The position numbers and the translations under genes are program-made. Below the pieces are notes generated by a model that ran no database searches, was not told the origin of the DNA, and saw only the letters and a list, made by a program, of their open reading frames with translations. A stretch of 64,000 nucleotides of DNA from Eledone cirrhosa (lineage: Eukaryota): NCBI GenBank assembly GCA_964016885.1, contig OZ024743.1, positions 9,176,001-9,240,000 on the forward strand, read 5' to 3'. The number at the start of each line of letters is the position of its first letter. The first letter of the stretch is position 1. Shown here piece by piece: positions 26,040 through 39,169 of the stretch.

Positions 26040-26362
26040 TGGCCTTATAGCTCTCCAGACCTGAATCTGTTGGTCTACTACATATGGGACGTAGTCGAGA
26101 GGGAAGTCAACCAACGCCCCCATAACACTATATCATCTCTGAAGTCCGCCGGAACTAGCATAATGTCTAAAAATAGATAAAAATAATTTGATTTGAGCAT
26201 ATCAAGATTTCATACTCAGTATTGAAGCAGTTATCGATGATAACGGTAGATTCACTGAGTAGATGCGTCTCGAAGCATTTTAAGCTTATTCATATCAATA
26301 TTTATGCATCTTTTTTTTTTTAAATTCATGCAAATGTCCTCAAAGAACCGAGAAACCCTGTA
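26040..26362 (+). mobile_element. Tc1/mariner-superfamily transposase 3' remnant with right end
   Basis: Translates WPYSSPDLNLLVYYIWDVVEREVNQRPHNTISSLKS...IEAVIDDNGRFTE* (WPxxSPDLN motif); ends ...accctg followed by TA. Confidence 0.8.
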
Positions 26363-27061
26363 TATGAACGCATTAACATATACATAGAAACTTCTAGTGT
26401 TACCCACATGTACCCATTTTCACGAGAGAAGTCATCTCTCATTTACCCCAAAGGCTATTGCAAATCTCTCCGTCGGACGGGGAGAGTTGACATGTCTGAT
26501 ATCAGGTTCCTTCATTTCACACTTCTTCTAAATTGACACTCTTTTTCGTAATGGTCTCATATGAAGTTTTCATGCGTTACGAGCAGCGTTAGAAAATGAC
26601 GACAAGTAATTTCTGATTTGATTGTACCCTTTGCTTTATGAAGCGTGTGTGTGTATGCTTTCATTATCGATAATAAAATTACTGCTTTTGTCAATATTGC
26701 TTTTTTCATGTGTCTTTTGATAAAGAAACATTTTTGTTTACATTTTTATTTTGTTTCAAGTGTCTGCGTTTTCAATGTTTTTTGATTTTCTTTGTGCTGG
26801 GAGCCTATATTTTTGTTGTCACTGTAGACTTCATTATTGAAAAATATCCGGAGAAAGAGAGGCAAAAACTGTTAAATACACATACCTTGTTTTATTTTGG
26901 TGAACATAAACTACCAAATGTTCGGAATATCCTGTTTTTTATAAGTCCAAGTCAAAGAAATACATTTTCATCCAAATTGAAACGGTGGAATTAATCAAAA
27001 TATTTAGAAATACCAGTAGGTTGATAGAACAACAATAACACCATACCAACAACGATTTATA

Positions 27062-27197
27062 ATTTAGGTATAAGGCCACAATTTTGAGGAAGGAGGAAGT
27101 CGATTAATTCGACCCAGGTGCGTTACTGGTACTTCATTTTATCGACTCAGTAAAGATGAAAGGTAAAACCAACCTTGGCGGTATTTTAACTCAGAAT
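27062..27197 (-). mobile_element. SINE family A fragment
   Basis: gtcgattaattcgaccc...ctggtacttcattttatcgac...gatgaaaggtaaa...ttaactcaga. Confidence 0.75.
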
Positions 27198-27744
27198 ATA
27201 TATATATAAAACCATTCGGTTGAGAACTTATTCGATTTGTGCTATTTATGCTATTTTTTGCATGATTTACACCTACTGAATTAATTTGTCAAAATCTGAG
27301 GTTATTCCCCTTGTGATTTCCACACGTGGGTTAACTTACCACCGTGTCATTCACTTATTTGGTACAGAGCTAAATGCCTGTTGATAACGTGATATTTCTT
27401 GTTCGATCATTATACACAAAGCTTATATTTTTAAGCAGACTGTATTTTGATTTAGGTGTCACAGAAACTCTACATCGGATTTTAACAGCAATTCCGGAAG
27501 TCCAGGTCTGGTTATCATTTATTTTGTTATCATTTATTTTGTTTTGACCTGTTTAGCTTGATTTGATTTTTGGCTTGGGTGGTTAATGCCTTCTTGACCA
27601 CCTTTTCAGTTTTGTATGGCTTCTTATCACATTGTTTGGCTCTGGTTTTTAACTATGGAGCACTTTGCCAGTATCATTACTGACTTTTGCGTTTCGCTTC
27701 GCTTTTCCTGCTCGCCGAAATGCGATTCTCGCTGAATCTTTATT

Positions 27745-27797
<53 letters not shown>

Positions 27798-27804
<7 letters not shown>

Positions 27805-29829
27805 TTAGTTAAGCAAAACAAGACCACAAATTTCACAAGGAAGACATTATTAAAAGATTGTCAACATATTTTAGTTTGATGTAAGGAATGTAGAGAATAA
27901 TAATAATAATATTAATAATAATAATGTCCGTTTACAATTGTTTCGCTACTCCATATTATATTTCTGGATCAGATGACTATATATCATAATTGATCTGGTT
28001 CAGTTGAAAATAATTAACATATTTAAAAGACAGAGCGGCTCATCGGAACTTCAATGGAATATAAATTAAAATAATGAGAGAATGTTACATAATATAATGT
28101 TCCATATATTGGTTTTTACTATGGTATCTTGGTTTCATCAGTTGTCAGCCATAATCAAGCAGTATTCATCTGTCGAGGCTGCATTGTGTGAGATCTGCCT
28201 ATGGGTAACAAGATGGCTGCCAAAAGGCATATTTACCTTACTAATTAGAAGGTGGTTTCAGGGGAAGTAACTACTCGATAGATTAGAAATTGTGGGTGTG
28301 TATAGTTAAGTGCTATTTTCAAAATTTTTTTAATTGAGAGACAATGTAGGGGAGGTAACTTATAATGATCGAGTTGTTCATAGCAATTTAACTTATTAGC
28401 TACAAGTAAAAATGGGGCTACATCACTAAGTTGGGTCAAAAATTCTATTGGCGAAGGAATTAGCCCTTCGATGTTGACAGCTAATAGTTACCTCCGTTCT
28501 ATCGTTAATCGGTAGAGGTCGTGATAGAGTTATGTAATATGCTTCCGTAATACAGAGATCACAAGATTTTCTTCGTCCATTGAACGGTTGGGCCTTATCC
28601 ACGATATCCCATTTTAGTGAGTGTTGAACGTTGTTTAATTTAAGGTTTTTAATGAGCCTGGCTAGCGATGTCGAAAATCTGTTGCTAGGGTCTCGGAAGG
28701 AAAAAGAGTGCGCGTTATAGCGTACCTTAAAAGGGTTAGAGGTAGACCCGATATAAGAGCTGGTATTCGAAGCAGTCTTAACCGTGCACCTATAGACTAT
28801 GTTGGGTGTCAAGCAGTGTCCATTTAATGGGCATGCATTGGGGTAACGGCAGTTGCAGTTGCTTCTGCGGTTAGTGAGAGTAGGGTTGTTTAACCTAAGC
28901 TGTAGGTCCGTGCTAGAAGGATTAGATGGGGGAGGTGTGCTACTAGAGTAATTATTGGTGTAGTGGCGTGGTGTATTTGATAGGGGTGGTGGTACCGCGG
29001 TGGGAGAGTTATACTGTCTTAGCTTATGATGGTTACTGAATGCGATGAGGCTAGCTAGGTTTGGTGTTGTGGAGAATGAGATTTTAATGTTATTTTTATT
29101 AAAGAGTTTGTAATATCTATGGTTGGGGGGGGGGGATGTTTAGATAGGATAGAGAAGAAGCGTATGGGGATATTAGTGGCTAGATTAGATGAGGATGGGG
29201 GATTAAGCCAGGTGATATTTCTAGGTCTATTCCTTCTAGGGGTTCTAGTGGAGTTGGTAGGGGCCTTCCTAGGGTTATTATTACCTGGGGATTTGTTATT
29301 TGTCATCCCATTTCTCATTCCTATTCTAGGGTTGATTTTTAGTTTGCTACTTGGAGTGGGGAGCAGGCCGCTGCCACCATTCAAGTTCCCTGTATAGGTG
29401 CTGTTACTGCTAAAATTCCGGCGAATCTGGCTATATGCTAAGGTATTTATAGTTCTAGTGTTAAGTTTATTATGGTGAATTGCTGTGTTATGACATTTAG
29501 GTATGTAATAAATTGATTGTTCATAACCAGATTCAGAGAGAGCCTTATTATAATATTGTGCGTGGTTTATAAATATCTCCTCATTTGCTGATAGCATTGA
29601 GATCCTATAGGAGATAGATTTGATTACTGCTCTGATGACTGCCGGTGGGTGGTTAGAGTGTGGGCTAATATATGTGAGTATTTCATCTGGTTTGTGGTAA
29701 GGGTAATATAGGTTATTGTTGAGATCCAGGGTGACGTCTAGGAAGTTTATTACTTCATGGTTCGGCTCGACGGTGATGGAGAGACCGTTATTTTTAAAGA
29801 ATCTATGTAATTATTTCTTGAGCCCATCG
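27798..29829 (-). mobile_element. Penelope-like element, left (inverted) arm of palindrome
   Basis: Reverse complement of 29836-32011 lacking ~148 nt; ORFs 29055-29597 and 28426-28812 (IVYRCTV..YIGSTSNPFKVRY GIY-YIG). Confidence 0.93.
27930..28049 (-). ncRNA. Hammerhead-like motif, mirror copy of 31760-31879
   Basis: Reverse complement of the right-arm motif. Confidence 0.5.
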
Positions 29830-29835
29830 ACATTA

Positions 29836-32190
29836 CGATGGGCTCAAGTGACTCCGCGCAAATCACCGATTTAGTTGGGATTTACTTATTACGTAACATC
29901 AGAGCCGAAATCCAACCCTTGCAAGGCGGAATATACAGGGACGACGCCCTTATTGCAGTACACAATTGCATTAATCGGGGAATCGATTTGCTAAAGAAAC
30001 AATTACATAGATTCTTTAAAAATAACGGTCTCTCCATCACCGTCGAGCCGAACCATGAAGTAATAAACTTCCTAGACGTCACCCTGGATCTCAACAATAA
30101 CCTATATTACCCTTACCACAAACCAGGTGAAATACTCACATATATTAGCCCACACTCTAACCACCCACCGGCAGTCATCAGAGCAGTAATCAAATCTATC
30201 TCCTATAGGATCTCAATGCTATCAGCAAATGAGGAGATATTTATAAACCACGCACAATATTATAATAAGGCTCTCTCTGAATCTGGTTATGAACAATCAA
30301 TTTATTACATACCTAAATGTCATAACACAGCAATTCACCATAATAAACTTAACACTAGAACTATAAATACCTTAGCATATAGCCAGATTCACCGGAATTT
30401 TAGCAGTAGCAGCACCTATACAGGGAACTTGAATGGTGGCAGCGGCCTGCTCCCCACTCCAAGTAGCAAACTAAAAATCAACCCTAGAATAGGAATGAGA
30501 AATGGGATGACAAATAACAAATCCCCAGGTAATAATAACCCTAGGAAGGCCCCTACCAACTCCACTAGAACCCCTAGAAGGAATAGACCTAGAAATATCA
30601 CCTGGCTTAATCCCCCATCCTCATCTAATCTAGCCACTAATATCCCCAAACGATTCTTCTCTATCCTATCTACCCCCCCCCCACCATAGATATTACAAAC
30701 TCTTTAATAAAAATAACATTAAAATCTCATTCTCCACAACACCAAACCTAGCTAGCCACATCGCATTCAGTAACCATCATAAGCTAAGACAGTATAACTC
30801 CCACACCCACCGCGGTACCACCACCCCTATCAAATACACCACGCCACTACACCAATAATTACTCTAGTAGCACACCTCCCCCATCTAATCCTTCTAGCAC
30901 GGACCTACCGCTTAGGTTAAATAACCTTACTCTCACTAACCGCAGAAGCAACTGCAACTGCCGTTACCCCAATGCATGCCCATTAAATGGACACTGCCTG
31001 ACACCCAACATAGTCTATAGGTGCACGGTTAAGACTGCTTCGAATACCAGCTCTTATATCGGGTCTACCTCTAACCCTTTTAAGGTACGCTATAACGCAC
31101 ACTCTTTTTCCTTCCGAGACCCTAGAAACAGATTTTCGACATCGCTAGCCAGGCTCATTAAAAACCTTAAATTAAACAACGTTCAACACTCACTAAAATG
31201 GGATATCGTGGATAAGGCCCAACCGTTCAATGGACGAAGAAAATCTTGTGATCTCTGTATTACGGAAGCATATTACATAACTCTATCACGACCTCTACCG
31301 ATTAACGATAGAACGGAGGTAACTATTAGCTGTCAACATCGAAGGGCTAATTCCTTCGCCAATAGAATTTTTGACCCAACTTAGTCATGTAGCCCCATTT
31401 TTACTTGTAGCTAATAAGTTAAATTGCTATGAACAACTCGATCATTATAAGTTACCTCCCCTACATTGTCTCTCAATTAAAACAATTTAAAAAATAGCAC
31501 TTAATTATACATACCCACAATTTCTAATCTATCGACGAGTTACTTCCCCTGAAACCACCCTCTAATTAGTAAGGTAAATATGCCCTTTGGCAGCCATCTT
31601 ATTACCCATAGGCAGATCTCACACAATGCAGCCTCGACAGATGAATACTGCTTGATTATGGCTGACAACTGATGCAACCAAGATACCATGTAAAAACCAA
31701 TATATGGAACATTATATTATGTAACATTCTCTCATTATTTTAATTTATATTCCTTTGAAGTTCCGATGAGCCGCTCTGTCTTTTAAATATGTTAATTATT
31801 TTCAACTGAACCAGATCAATTATGATATATAGTCATCTGATCCAGAAATATAATATGGAGTAGCGAAACAATTGTAAACGGATATTATTATTATTAATAT
31901 TATTATTATTATTCTCTACATTCCTTACATCAAAATAAAATATGTTGACAATCTTTTAATAATGTCTTCCTTGTGAAATTTGTGGTCTTGTTTTGCTTAA
32001 CTAATGAATATTTCCAGCTCTGCGCACCTAACTTCTGCATGAACCCAGCCATATAGCTGCTTTCTACTGCATATTGCACATTGAGCACATGCCTTTACGC
32101 TTTGGCTTCTAACTAATTCACCAATCTCTCTTCTCATATCTCTCCTCTCCTATCTCCATCTCTCTCTTTAAGATTGGTTACTCTTGAACT
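29836..32190 (+). mobile_element. 5'-truncated Penelope-like element (RT C-half + linker + GIY-YIG + 3' pLTR), right arm
   Basis: MGSSDSAQITDLVG, GIYRDDAL, INFLDVTL, SNHPP, RNITWLNPP, CNCR..CPLNGHCL, YIGST, CDLC; frameshift in poly-C near 30675; stop near 31384; ends near (TA)n at ~32192. Confidence 0.93.
31760..31879 (+). ncRNA. Type I hammerhead-like motif with a long stem-II insertion in the PLE 3' region
   Basis: gtt-CCGATGA-gccgctc...gagtagc-GAAAC-aatt-GTA-aac; U4>C core variant, only a 3-bp stem I. Confidence 0.5.
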
Positions 32191-32341
32191 GTATATATAT
32201 ATATATATATATATGAGTATATAAATGAGATGAATAAATCGGGTATAATACCAGCTTCTTACTAAATGCCAAGAAGCCCAATATATTAGCCATTTTGAAT
32301 GAACCTATTTTGCATGTGTCTATATATATCTATATATCTAT

Positions 32342-32909
32342 CTAGGGCGGGTAAAATTCCGGAGATCCATGGACGAGTTCTCTCCAGTGGTCTCTGTCCC
32401 TCATTATCGCTGCCATGTCCTGCGTCTCCAACAGACCAGTGTCTGTCCTTAGGGCATCAACATATGTTAACCATGGTCTTCCTCTTCTAGTGTGTACATG
32501 TAGGGGCTCCCACAGGAGCACTGAGTGCAATGTCAAATCTGGATGTCGGTGAGCATGTCCAGATAACCTCAGTCTCCTCTGTGTCACTTTTGAGCTGACT
32601 TTTGGGAGGCTCCCATACAGCTCTGAGTTCTTTGAGATACTGGCTGGAGTGCTCCAGGGAGATACATTGGCTCCCTACTTTTTTATCATCGTAGTGGACT
32701 ATTGTATGCGCCTTGCACTGGAGAAACACCAGGACTCTGGCTTTACTGTAGCACCGGCTCAGAGCAGGAGAGTCAAGGCGAAAAAGGTATCATATGGTGA
32801 ATTTGGCGACGACATAGTTTTGGTGACCAATACAGTGAAGGAGGCAGAGGATTTGATGCGGCAGGTTGAGACTGTGTCGATGAGTGTGGGGCTGAGAATG
32901 AATGAGACT
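32342..32909. mobile_element. 5'-inverted (twin-priming-like) RTE-type LINE fragment
   Basis: Minus 32342-32640: ELYGSLP..RRLRLSGH..LLWEP...RGRP..DR..W (LINE C-term); plus 32641-32909: GVLQGDTLAPYFFIIVVD..EFGDDIVL..GLRMNETK (RT core); joined head-to-head. Confidence 0.85.
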
Positions 32910-32912
32910 AAA

Positions 32913-32945
<33 letters not shown>

Positions 32946-33126
32946 TTAAAAATCTTTCCACAATATAGTTCTTTTCTTTGTATGTTTCTTTTTCAGATAT
33001 CTACTAGGTGCTTGTTGGCAGTAAACAATTGCCAGAGAAACTCAGGCATATAACTTTAGATGTACACATCTGTTAGGTTTGGTTTAGATATACATAAAAA
33101 AGATATTAATCTTTATAATGGTCCAC

Positions 33127-33191
<65 letters not shown>

Positions 33192-33312
33192 GGTTGTAAA
33201 TAAAAGGAGGAGGAATTAAGGTTTGTATCAGAGATATCTGAAAGAGGCACCCAATAAAACTTGTGTACCAGAAATGACAGTATAGTTTGTGTAATGATTA
33301 TCTTTTTATACA

Positions 33313-33380
<68 letters not shown>

Positions 33381-33766
33381 TATAAACAAATATGAAGCAA
33401 TAAAAATATAAAAAGTAGAACGAGAAGAATTACAACAGCAACATTAACAACTGCAACCGCACCAAAGGCAGTAAGAATCTGAATTCATCTTCAGAGCTAT
33501 ATGAGGGGGCAACACGGATATACTGGAAACACACAACCACCGCAACAAAGATTTCTCATTCATACACAAACGTCTATAATTCTGTTGAAAAAACATTCAC
33601 ACAAGACCAAGAATGTTTCAGATAAAAACTGATTTAAACTTTTAGAGGGACCATTCGAGAAACGGCTTCCCAGTCGATTTGGACTTCTTCTTTCTTGACA
33701 ACTGTATATACTCTCCACCCTTTCTTTCTCTATGACCAACATGTTAGTATTCAACGTAGGTTGCAT

Positions 33767-34024
33767 GGTATGGTCCCGCCACTCCTGATATAGTCGTTGA
33801 TATACGGCGTTTCTTGGGCATTTTAAGCCTGGCAGAGCCCACCCCTCTCCAGGCCTGAGTAGAGCAGATTTCTTCCATAGAAAGATAGAAAGGTAGGGAG
33901 AGGAAATGAGAAAGAGATATAGAGGAAAATCGAACCAAGTGCTAGACTGGTACTTTTTTAACGACTCGAAAGGATGATAGGCAAAGTCGACCTCGGCGGG
34001 ATTTGAACTCAGAGAGCAGATAGC
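33767..34024 (-). mobile_element. SINE family A long-tail variant with a 22-bp target-site duplication
   Basis: tagtattcaacgtaggttgcat (33745-33766) and tagtattcagcgtaggttgcat (34025-34046) flank it; core ggcaaagtcgacctcggcgggatttgaactcaga. Confidence 0.85.
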
Positions 34025-34179
34025 TAGTATTCAGCGTAGGTTGCATACATACACGCGTTCTAGGACCAGCTTGGATAATAATCTCAGTTCACTAGATATT
34101 GACGTTTTAGCATCAACAAGTTCAACGACTAATATCATAAACTGTTTGAAGGCAAAATATTCAGAAATAATTTGGAATG

Positions 34180-34510
34180 GGTATCCGTCGCTTTCAACGA
34201 CGAGTGTTCCAATTTTCCGATCAATGGAACAGCCTACCTATGAACGTAACGTGCAAATGAGTGAGTATTCCACAGACACATATTTTCATAGTGACGCAAT
34301 GTGACAAGATTGGATCTATGAACTACAGGCATAGGCATAGACCAAACGACGTGCTTCTAAACAATTTCTATCTATCCATTTATACTCACAAGGATTGTGT
34401 CAATCTAAGGCTATGATAAATGGGACTGGTCCAAGATGCAGCGCAATGTGCTTAGGTGTATGAATTTATGATTGAGTAACGAGCTCCTTTGTCACTCGAC
34501 CATGCTGTGT
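34180..34510 (-). mobile_element. Old SINE family B copy
   Basis: ttcaacgacgagtgttccaatt..ccgatcaatggaacagcct...tgtgacaag; similar to 39170-39465, 50690-50820, 54790-55110, 60880-61260. Confidence 0.6.
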
Positions 34511-35707
34511 CCACTTACATGGATTATAGTTGGTCAATTGATAGGATGTGTAGATTGAGTGATATGAACTATACAGTATAATAGTATAATATATGGAAAC
34601 TCAGGAAAGATAATAGTACAAATGTTATGACCAAAAAGTAGCGATTTCTAGAGAGTAGGGATTAAACCATAAACATCTATGATAATAGATATGTTGGGAG
34701 TAACAAAAAGTGAGAGAGTTAAATATATAAGTGAGATCCTGAACACACACAAAACACATCGATATATCACAATGAAGCGTTATGTATATTTTACATAGAC
34801 TACTAGCAAAACATGATACCCCACCTTCATCCAATGTATACAGAACTCCAAACAGTTATAGAGTGAACTCACATAATGATACTAATAATACTAATAATAC
34901 TAACAATACTAATGCTACAATATCCAACGTTGATAAGAGATAGGATAAGTAATAAAGTTTGCATTGTTTATTTGAGCAAAATAAATACTAGTGACTATTG
35001 AAAATCTAGCATATAAAAACAGTGGAAATATAAGCATACACAAAAAAAAAAAATGCAAATATAGACTCAAATATATATAAACTTTGGTACATAAATAAGA
35101 AATTCATATACAAATAAATATAACGAGAGAAACATAAAAAAATATCAAGATGAAGAAAAATTTATGAATTGCGAGCAAAAGAAGGACACTGTTTTACAAG
35201 TAGCGCTTTTCTTAGACCAGTGTCTTAATGAACCATTCTCGTTGCGAAGAAGGAAAAAGTAATGTGTGTAATAAGTATGGTAGGTTGACTTGGAAATAGA
35301 AATAGAAGAAAGATTCGCTGCTACCCAAGACCAGTCATTACCAAGAAATGTAATCAGACATTTATATACGACCACAATCACTCATCATTGGCTAAGTAAA
35401 TTGAGTGACTGTCTACGTTAGTAGTTCGTTTTCCAGCCGAAGGAACACACACATACATATATATATACGTATGCATGTATATAAATATGCATGTATATAT
35501 ATAATATGTGTGTATGTCTATTTGTTAGGTTAGAAAACAAATTGTCATATATATATATGCATACACACACACACACACACATATATATATACATAATAGA
35601 AACATATATGAAATGTGAATATGTCCATTCGTTAGACAGAACCTGTTTTTATATATATATATGTATATATATATATGTATGTATGTATTTATGTATACAC
35701 ACATACA

Positions 35708-35744
<37 letters not shown>

Positions 35745-36239
35745 CACCAAAATCTTGCAGTTAATAAGGCTAGTTCTTAACTTTGATTTTGACATCGTTA
35801 AGTTGATGAATAGAAAAATCCTTCAATCGCAGGTGTTAACTACAGATAGACAATTTGATACACGAAGACAAACACTACTTAACACACTGCTTAACACACT
35901 TCTTAACACACTTCTTAACACATATAGTTACACATTCACATACTACTGCACGCCTACTGAACTAAGCTGAGTAAATTGTTCTGCCAAAGGAGAAATACCA
36001 TTTACATAATAAATTAAAATCTTGGTGCCATAGAGTTTCAATAGAATAGCTCTGAATATCGTTGTAATAATAACATACAAGAAAAACCATTTCAACATAT
36101 GCTTCAAATATGATGCTGTATTAATTGAAAATATATCAGAAACATGTAAGTAGATTAAGAAACAGATATACAGTTGTTGAAACGTTTAGATAAACTATAA
36201 GGTTATCTCTTTGCTAACTGGTTACCTATTTCTTTTAAA

Positions 36240-37260
36240 CGTTTCTCAGAAGGAGCAGGCTCTGTCCATGACAGTTGAAGGTCATCGTAGACTTGTGATA
36301 TTAATGTGTTTGATTTTCAGAGTGATATCTGCAGGAAAAAAACATGGGTGGGGATGAAATTCTAAAGCGATGCAGATCTGGTAGGAAAGGAATGGATAAA
36401 ATATTCTGTAGGGGATATGGGGGAGGTGAGATACCGTAGGGTGTATGAAACTTGTTAGTTCAGTGAGACCCAAAGCCACTTTACTAGTAGTTGAAGTCGA
36501 AGAGTGAAGAAACAACACGCATGAGAAAATGATTGTATCGTTTGGGGAATTGATTTTTGCTAATCAGTCGAGTAGTTTGTTTTATCTATAATATTTAAAT
36601 GTAAAGCAGTACTATTTGAGCTATATAGAGTGTAAGTTACTGATGAAGACTGGTGTATATTTCAGCGCTAAGAAGAAAATTAATCTTTTTGATGTTGTTT
36701 TATAATTATATATATCTGAGATCATTTTGATATGAGGTCAAGTATTTATAGTGATCTTTAAGAATTTTGATTGTATGTTATTTATGCGTAGAAAGAAAAA
36801 AAGAGCGTTACTCAAAAGTATTTATTTAATATGTCTAGTGCTTTAAAGGACTAGGTTGTATCCCCATTGAAGAATGTTTCCGAAGTCTCTGTTGATGTAT
36901 CAGTATCGGTAAGACTTAGTACGTTAAGGTTGACGCCTCTGTACCTTCCGTATAGTAGTGTGTGTCGGTAGAAGCGCCAGCAACTAGGTCTTCAGCGTGC
37001 AGAAAGAACAGGGTGAAAGAGATAGAATCCTAGGGCGTAATCTTGTTGACAGAGTGGTGGTCGGTTACAGCATCTTAAGTAGACGCTGAATTAAAGCGGG
37101 TTTTAGAGAAACCTTCCAATTAGATGTGAGATGGATAGAAGCAGGCAACTGTTTCCTTTTTGCCAGACTCAGCTGATATCAAATGCAACAGTTCTTAAAT
37201 GTTAGAAACTATTACAGACTGATTTAAGCGTGTAGGATTCTGGTAGAAGTGGCTCTACAT
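36240..37260 (-). mobile_element. Highly degraded CR1/Jockey-like LINE RT remnant
   Basis: Minus-strand patches VAFDIS, VNKITP*DSISFTLFFLHAEDLV (cf. GVPQGSxLSPxLFxxxINDL), LTLYIAQI; many stops. Confidence 0.45.
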
Positions 37261-38083
37261 AACCTGTACTGGTGAGAGAGAAAGAGAAAGAAAGAAAAAA
37301 GAGAGAAAAAGAGGGAGATAAACAAAGCGAGTGGAAGAGAGAGAGGGGAGAAAGAGAGAGTGAAGGTGATGTAGGAGATGATTATTTTTCAGTATTTTCA
37401 TGATTATTGATATATCGCAAGCGAGAGCAGTTTGACAGTATTTTACAATGTTTGAAAGATTGTATTTTTCTGAGGATGGATCACACGTTTACGTGTTTCT
37501 AGAAATTGAGAATAACTCTGTCGACAGAAAGGAAAATTGAAGAGATTAGCTTAAATAAAAGCACGCTCCAGAGTGTGCTGTTCAATCCAATCTCTAGATA
37601 GCTACTACCTGCTGTAAACCAGATAACGGCAATGGTCCAAGCACGACTGTGCTAGAATATTTGTGATTTAATAGTTAACTCACAAACAGAACATTTATAT
37701 TTGCAACTTGAAAAATTCGTACAAAGAACCTTAGAATCCATACAGACTATGATATGGGCAATGAACAAAGCAGCGTAACGAAAACTGCCATTATCGATAT
37801 AAAGCAAATGAAACGCATAGTGCATATCCTTGCACTTTAGGTGATTCAACCTTCTAGCCTCAGCTGTATCAAAGAGTAAAATTCCATTTTGTGATTTAGT
37901 AGATCTGAAGCTGAGTCAAAGAGATTTAGAAGCAGGTTTGCTGTGCGAAACGGCCTAATCAACAGTACTGAAATGATTATAGCAGTAAGCGCAAAACTCT
38001 CTCATCTTAGATTCGACACCAACTCAGTAATCAGAAGCTGATGATTTGTTCTACAACCAGCATGTGTATATATATATATATTC

Positions 38084-38662
38084 AAAAGAAATAGGATTTC
38101 GCTTCAAGCATAGCTTTATACAATATGTATAAATATTTTGTATCTCCAAAGAAATACAATTTTAGGAAGCCGTAGCTATGCAAACACCGGGGGGCGAACG
38201 CCCTCTGGTGATGTCCAGCAGAAGTAAGGGGGAAACCATCTATGCATTTCAGGCTTAACTGGCCTTCGTCAGGACGGTCCCTCCCACCGCTTGCGACTGC
38301 TGGACTAGAAGACAGCTGAGAATATATAATTTTCTCGTCTGTGTAAATGAGGTGATTAATCTCATTTGCATATGAAGCTGCATAAGTTGGCTCAACTTAT
38401 AATAAAAAAGAAATAGGATTTCGCTTCAAGCATAGCTTTATACAATAAGTATAAATATTTTGTATCTCCAAAGAAATACAGTTTTAGGAAGCCGTAGCTA
38501 TGCAAACACCGGGGAGCTAACACCCTCTGGTGATGTCCAGCAGAAGCAAGGGGGACAACCGTCTATGCATTTCAGGCTTAACTGTTTGCATAGCTCGGTG
38601 TTTGGATAGTTACGGCTTCCTAAAACTGTATTTCTTTGGAGATACAAAATATTTATACATAT
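38084..38662 (-). mobile_element. Non-coding HHR-bearing ~322-bp unit, with a partial tandem copy and an inverted segment (retrozyme/PLE-pLTR-like)
   Basis: 38084-38260 repeated at 38406-38583; 38583-38660 is an inverted copy; (TA)n flanks. Confidence 0.8.
38236..38277 (-). ncRNA. Minimal type I hammerhead ribozyme motif
   Basis: Minus strand ccgtc-CTGACGA-aggc(cagttaa)gcct-GAAAT-gc-ATA-gatgg; stem I ccgtc/gatgg (gacgg in the second copy). Confidence 0.82.
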
Positions 38663-39169
38663 ATATATATTAATAAAAATATATACACATATACACATAA
38701 ATATTAAAACTGCTCACTAAACAAGCATACGTGCATTCAGAAACTGTCTGTATACGCGCATTCACAAACGCACCCATTCAGTGTTGTTAACACACATATA
38801 TATATATATACATACACGCCCCCCCCCACACACACACATATTTATATATATATATATATATATATGAGAATAAACAGGCTGCGGGGTTGCTAATGGGTTA
38901 CATATGAATAAAGTTAGGTCCTTCATCAGTGATCTTCCAACCATCATTGGTATTTCATCGCTTTTAAACCATATACCTCCGGTTGGTGCGAGCAACGGCT
39001 AAAAAAAGTCGTTGGGACACGTAAATAAAGGGGACACGAGTGTAAACAAACAAAAATGGTGAAGCAACGAAAAGTGAGGAAGAAGGAGTCAAGTCCCAAA
39101 TTTCTATGAATTTAAATTCGGTGAAATCGTGAACGAGAGAGAATAAAGACCATCAAACCTGGTTTATGG

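Noticed and set aside
35870-35920. 12-bp tandem repeat (LLNT x4)
   Set aside because: Simple slippage minisatellite
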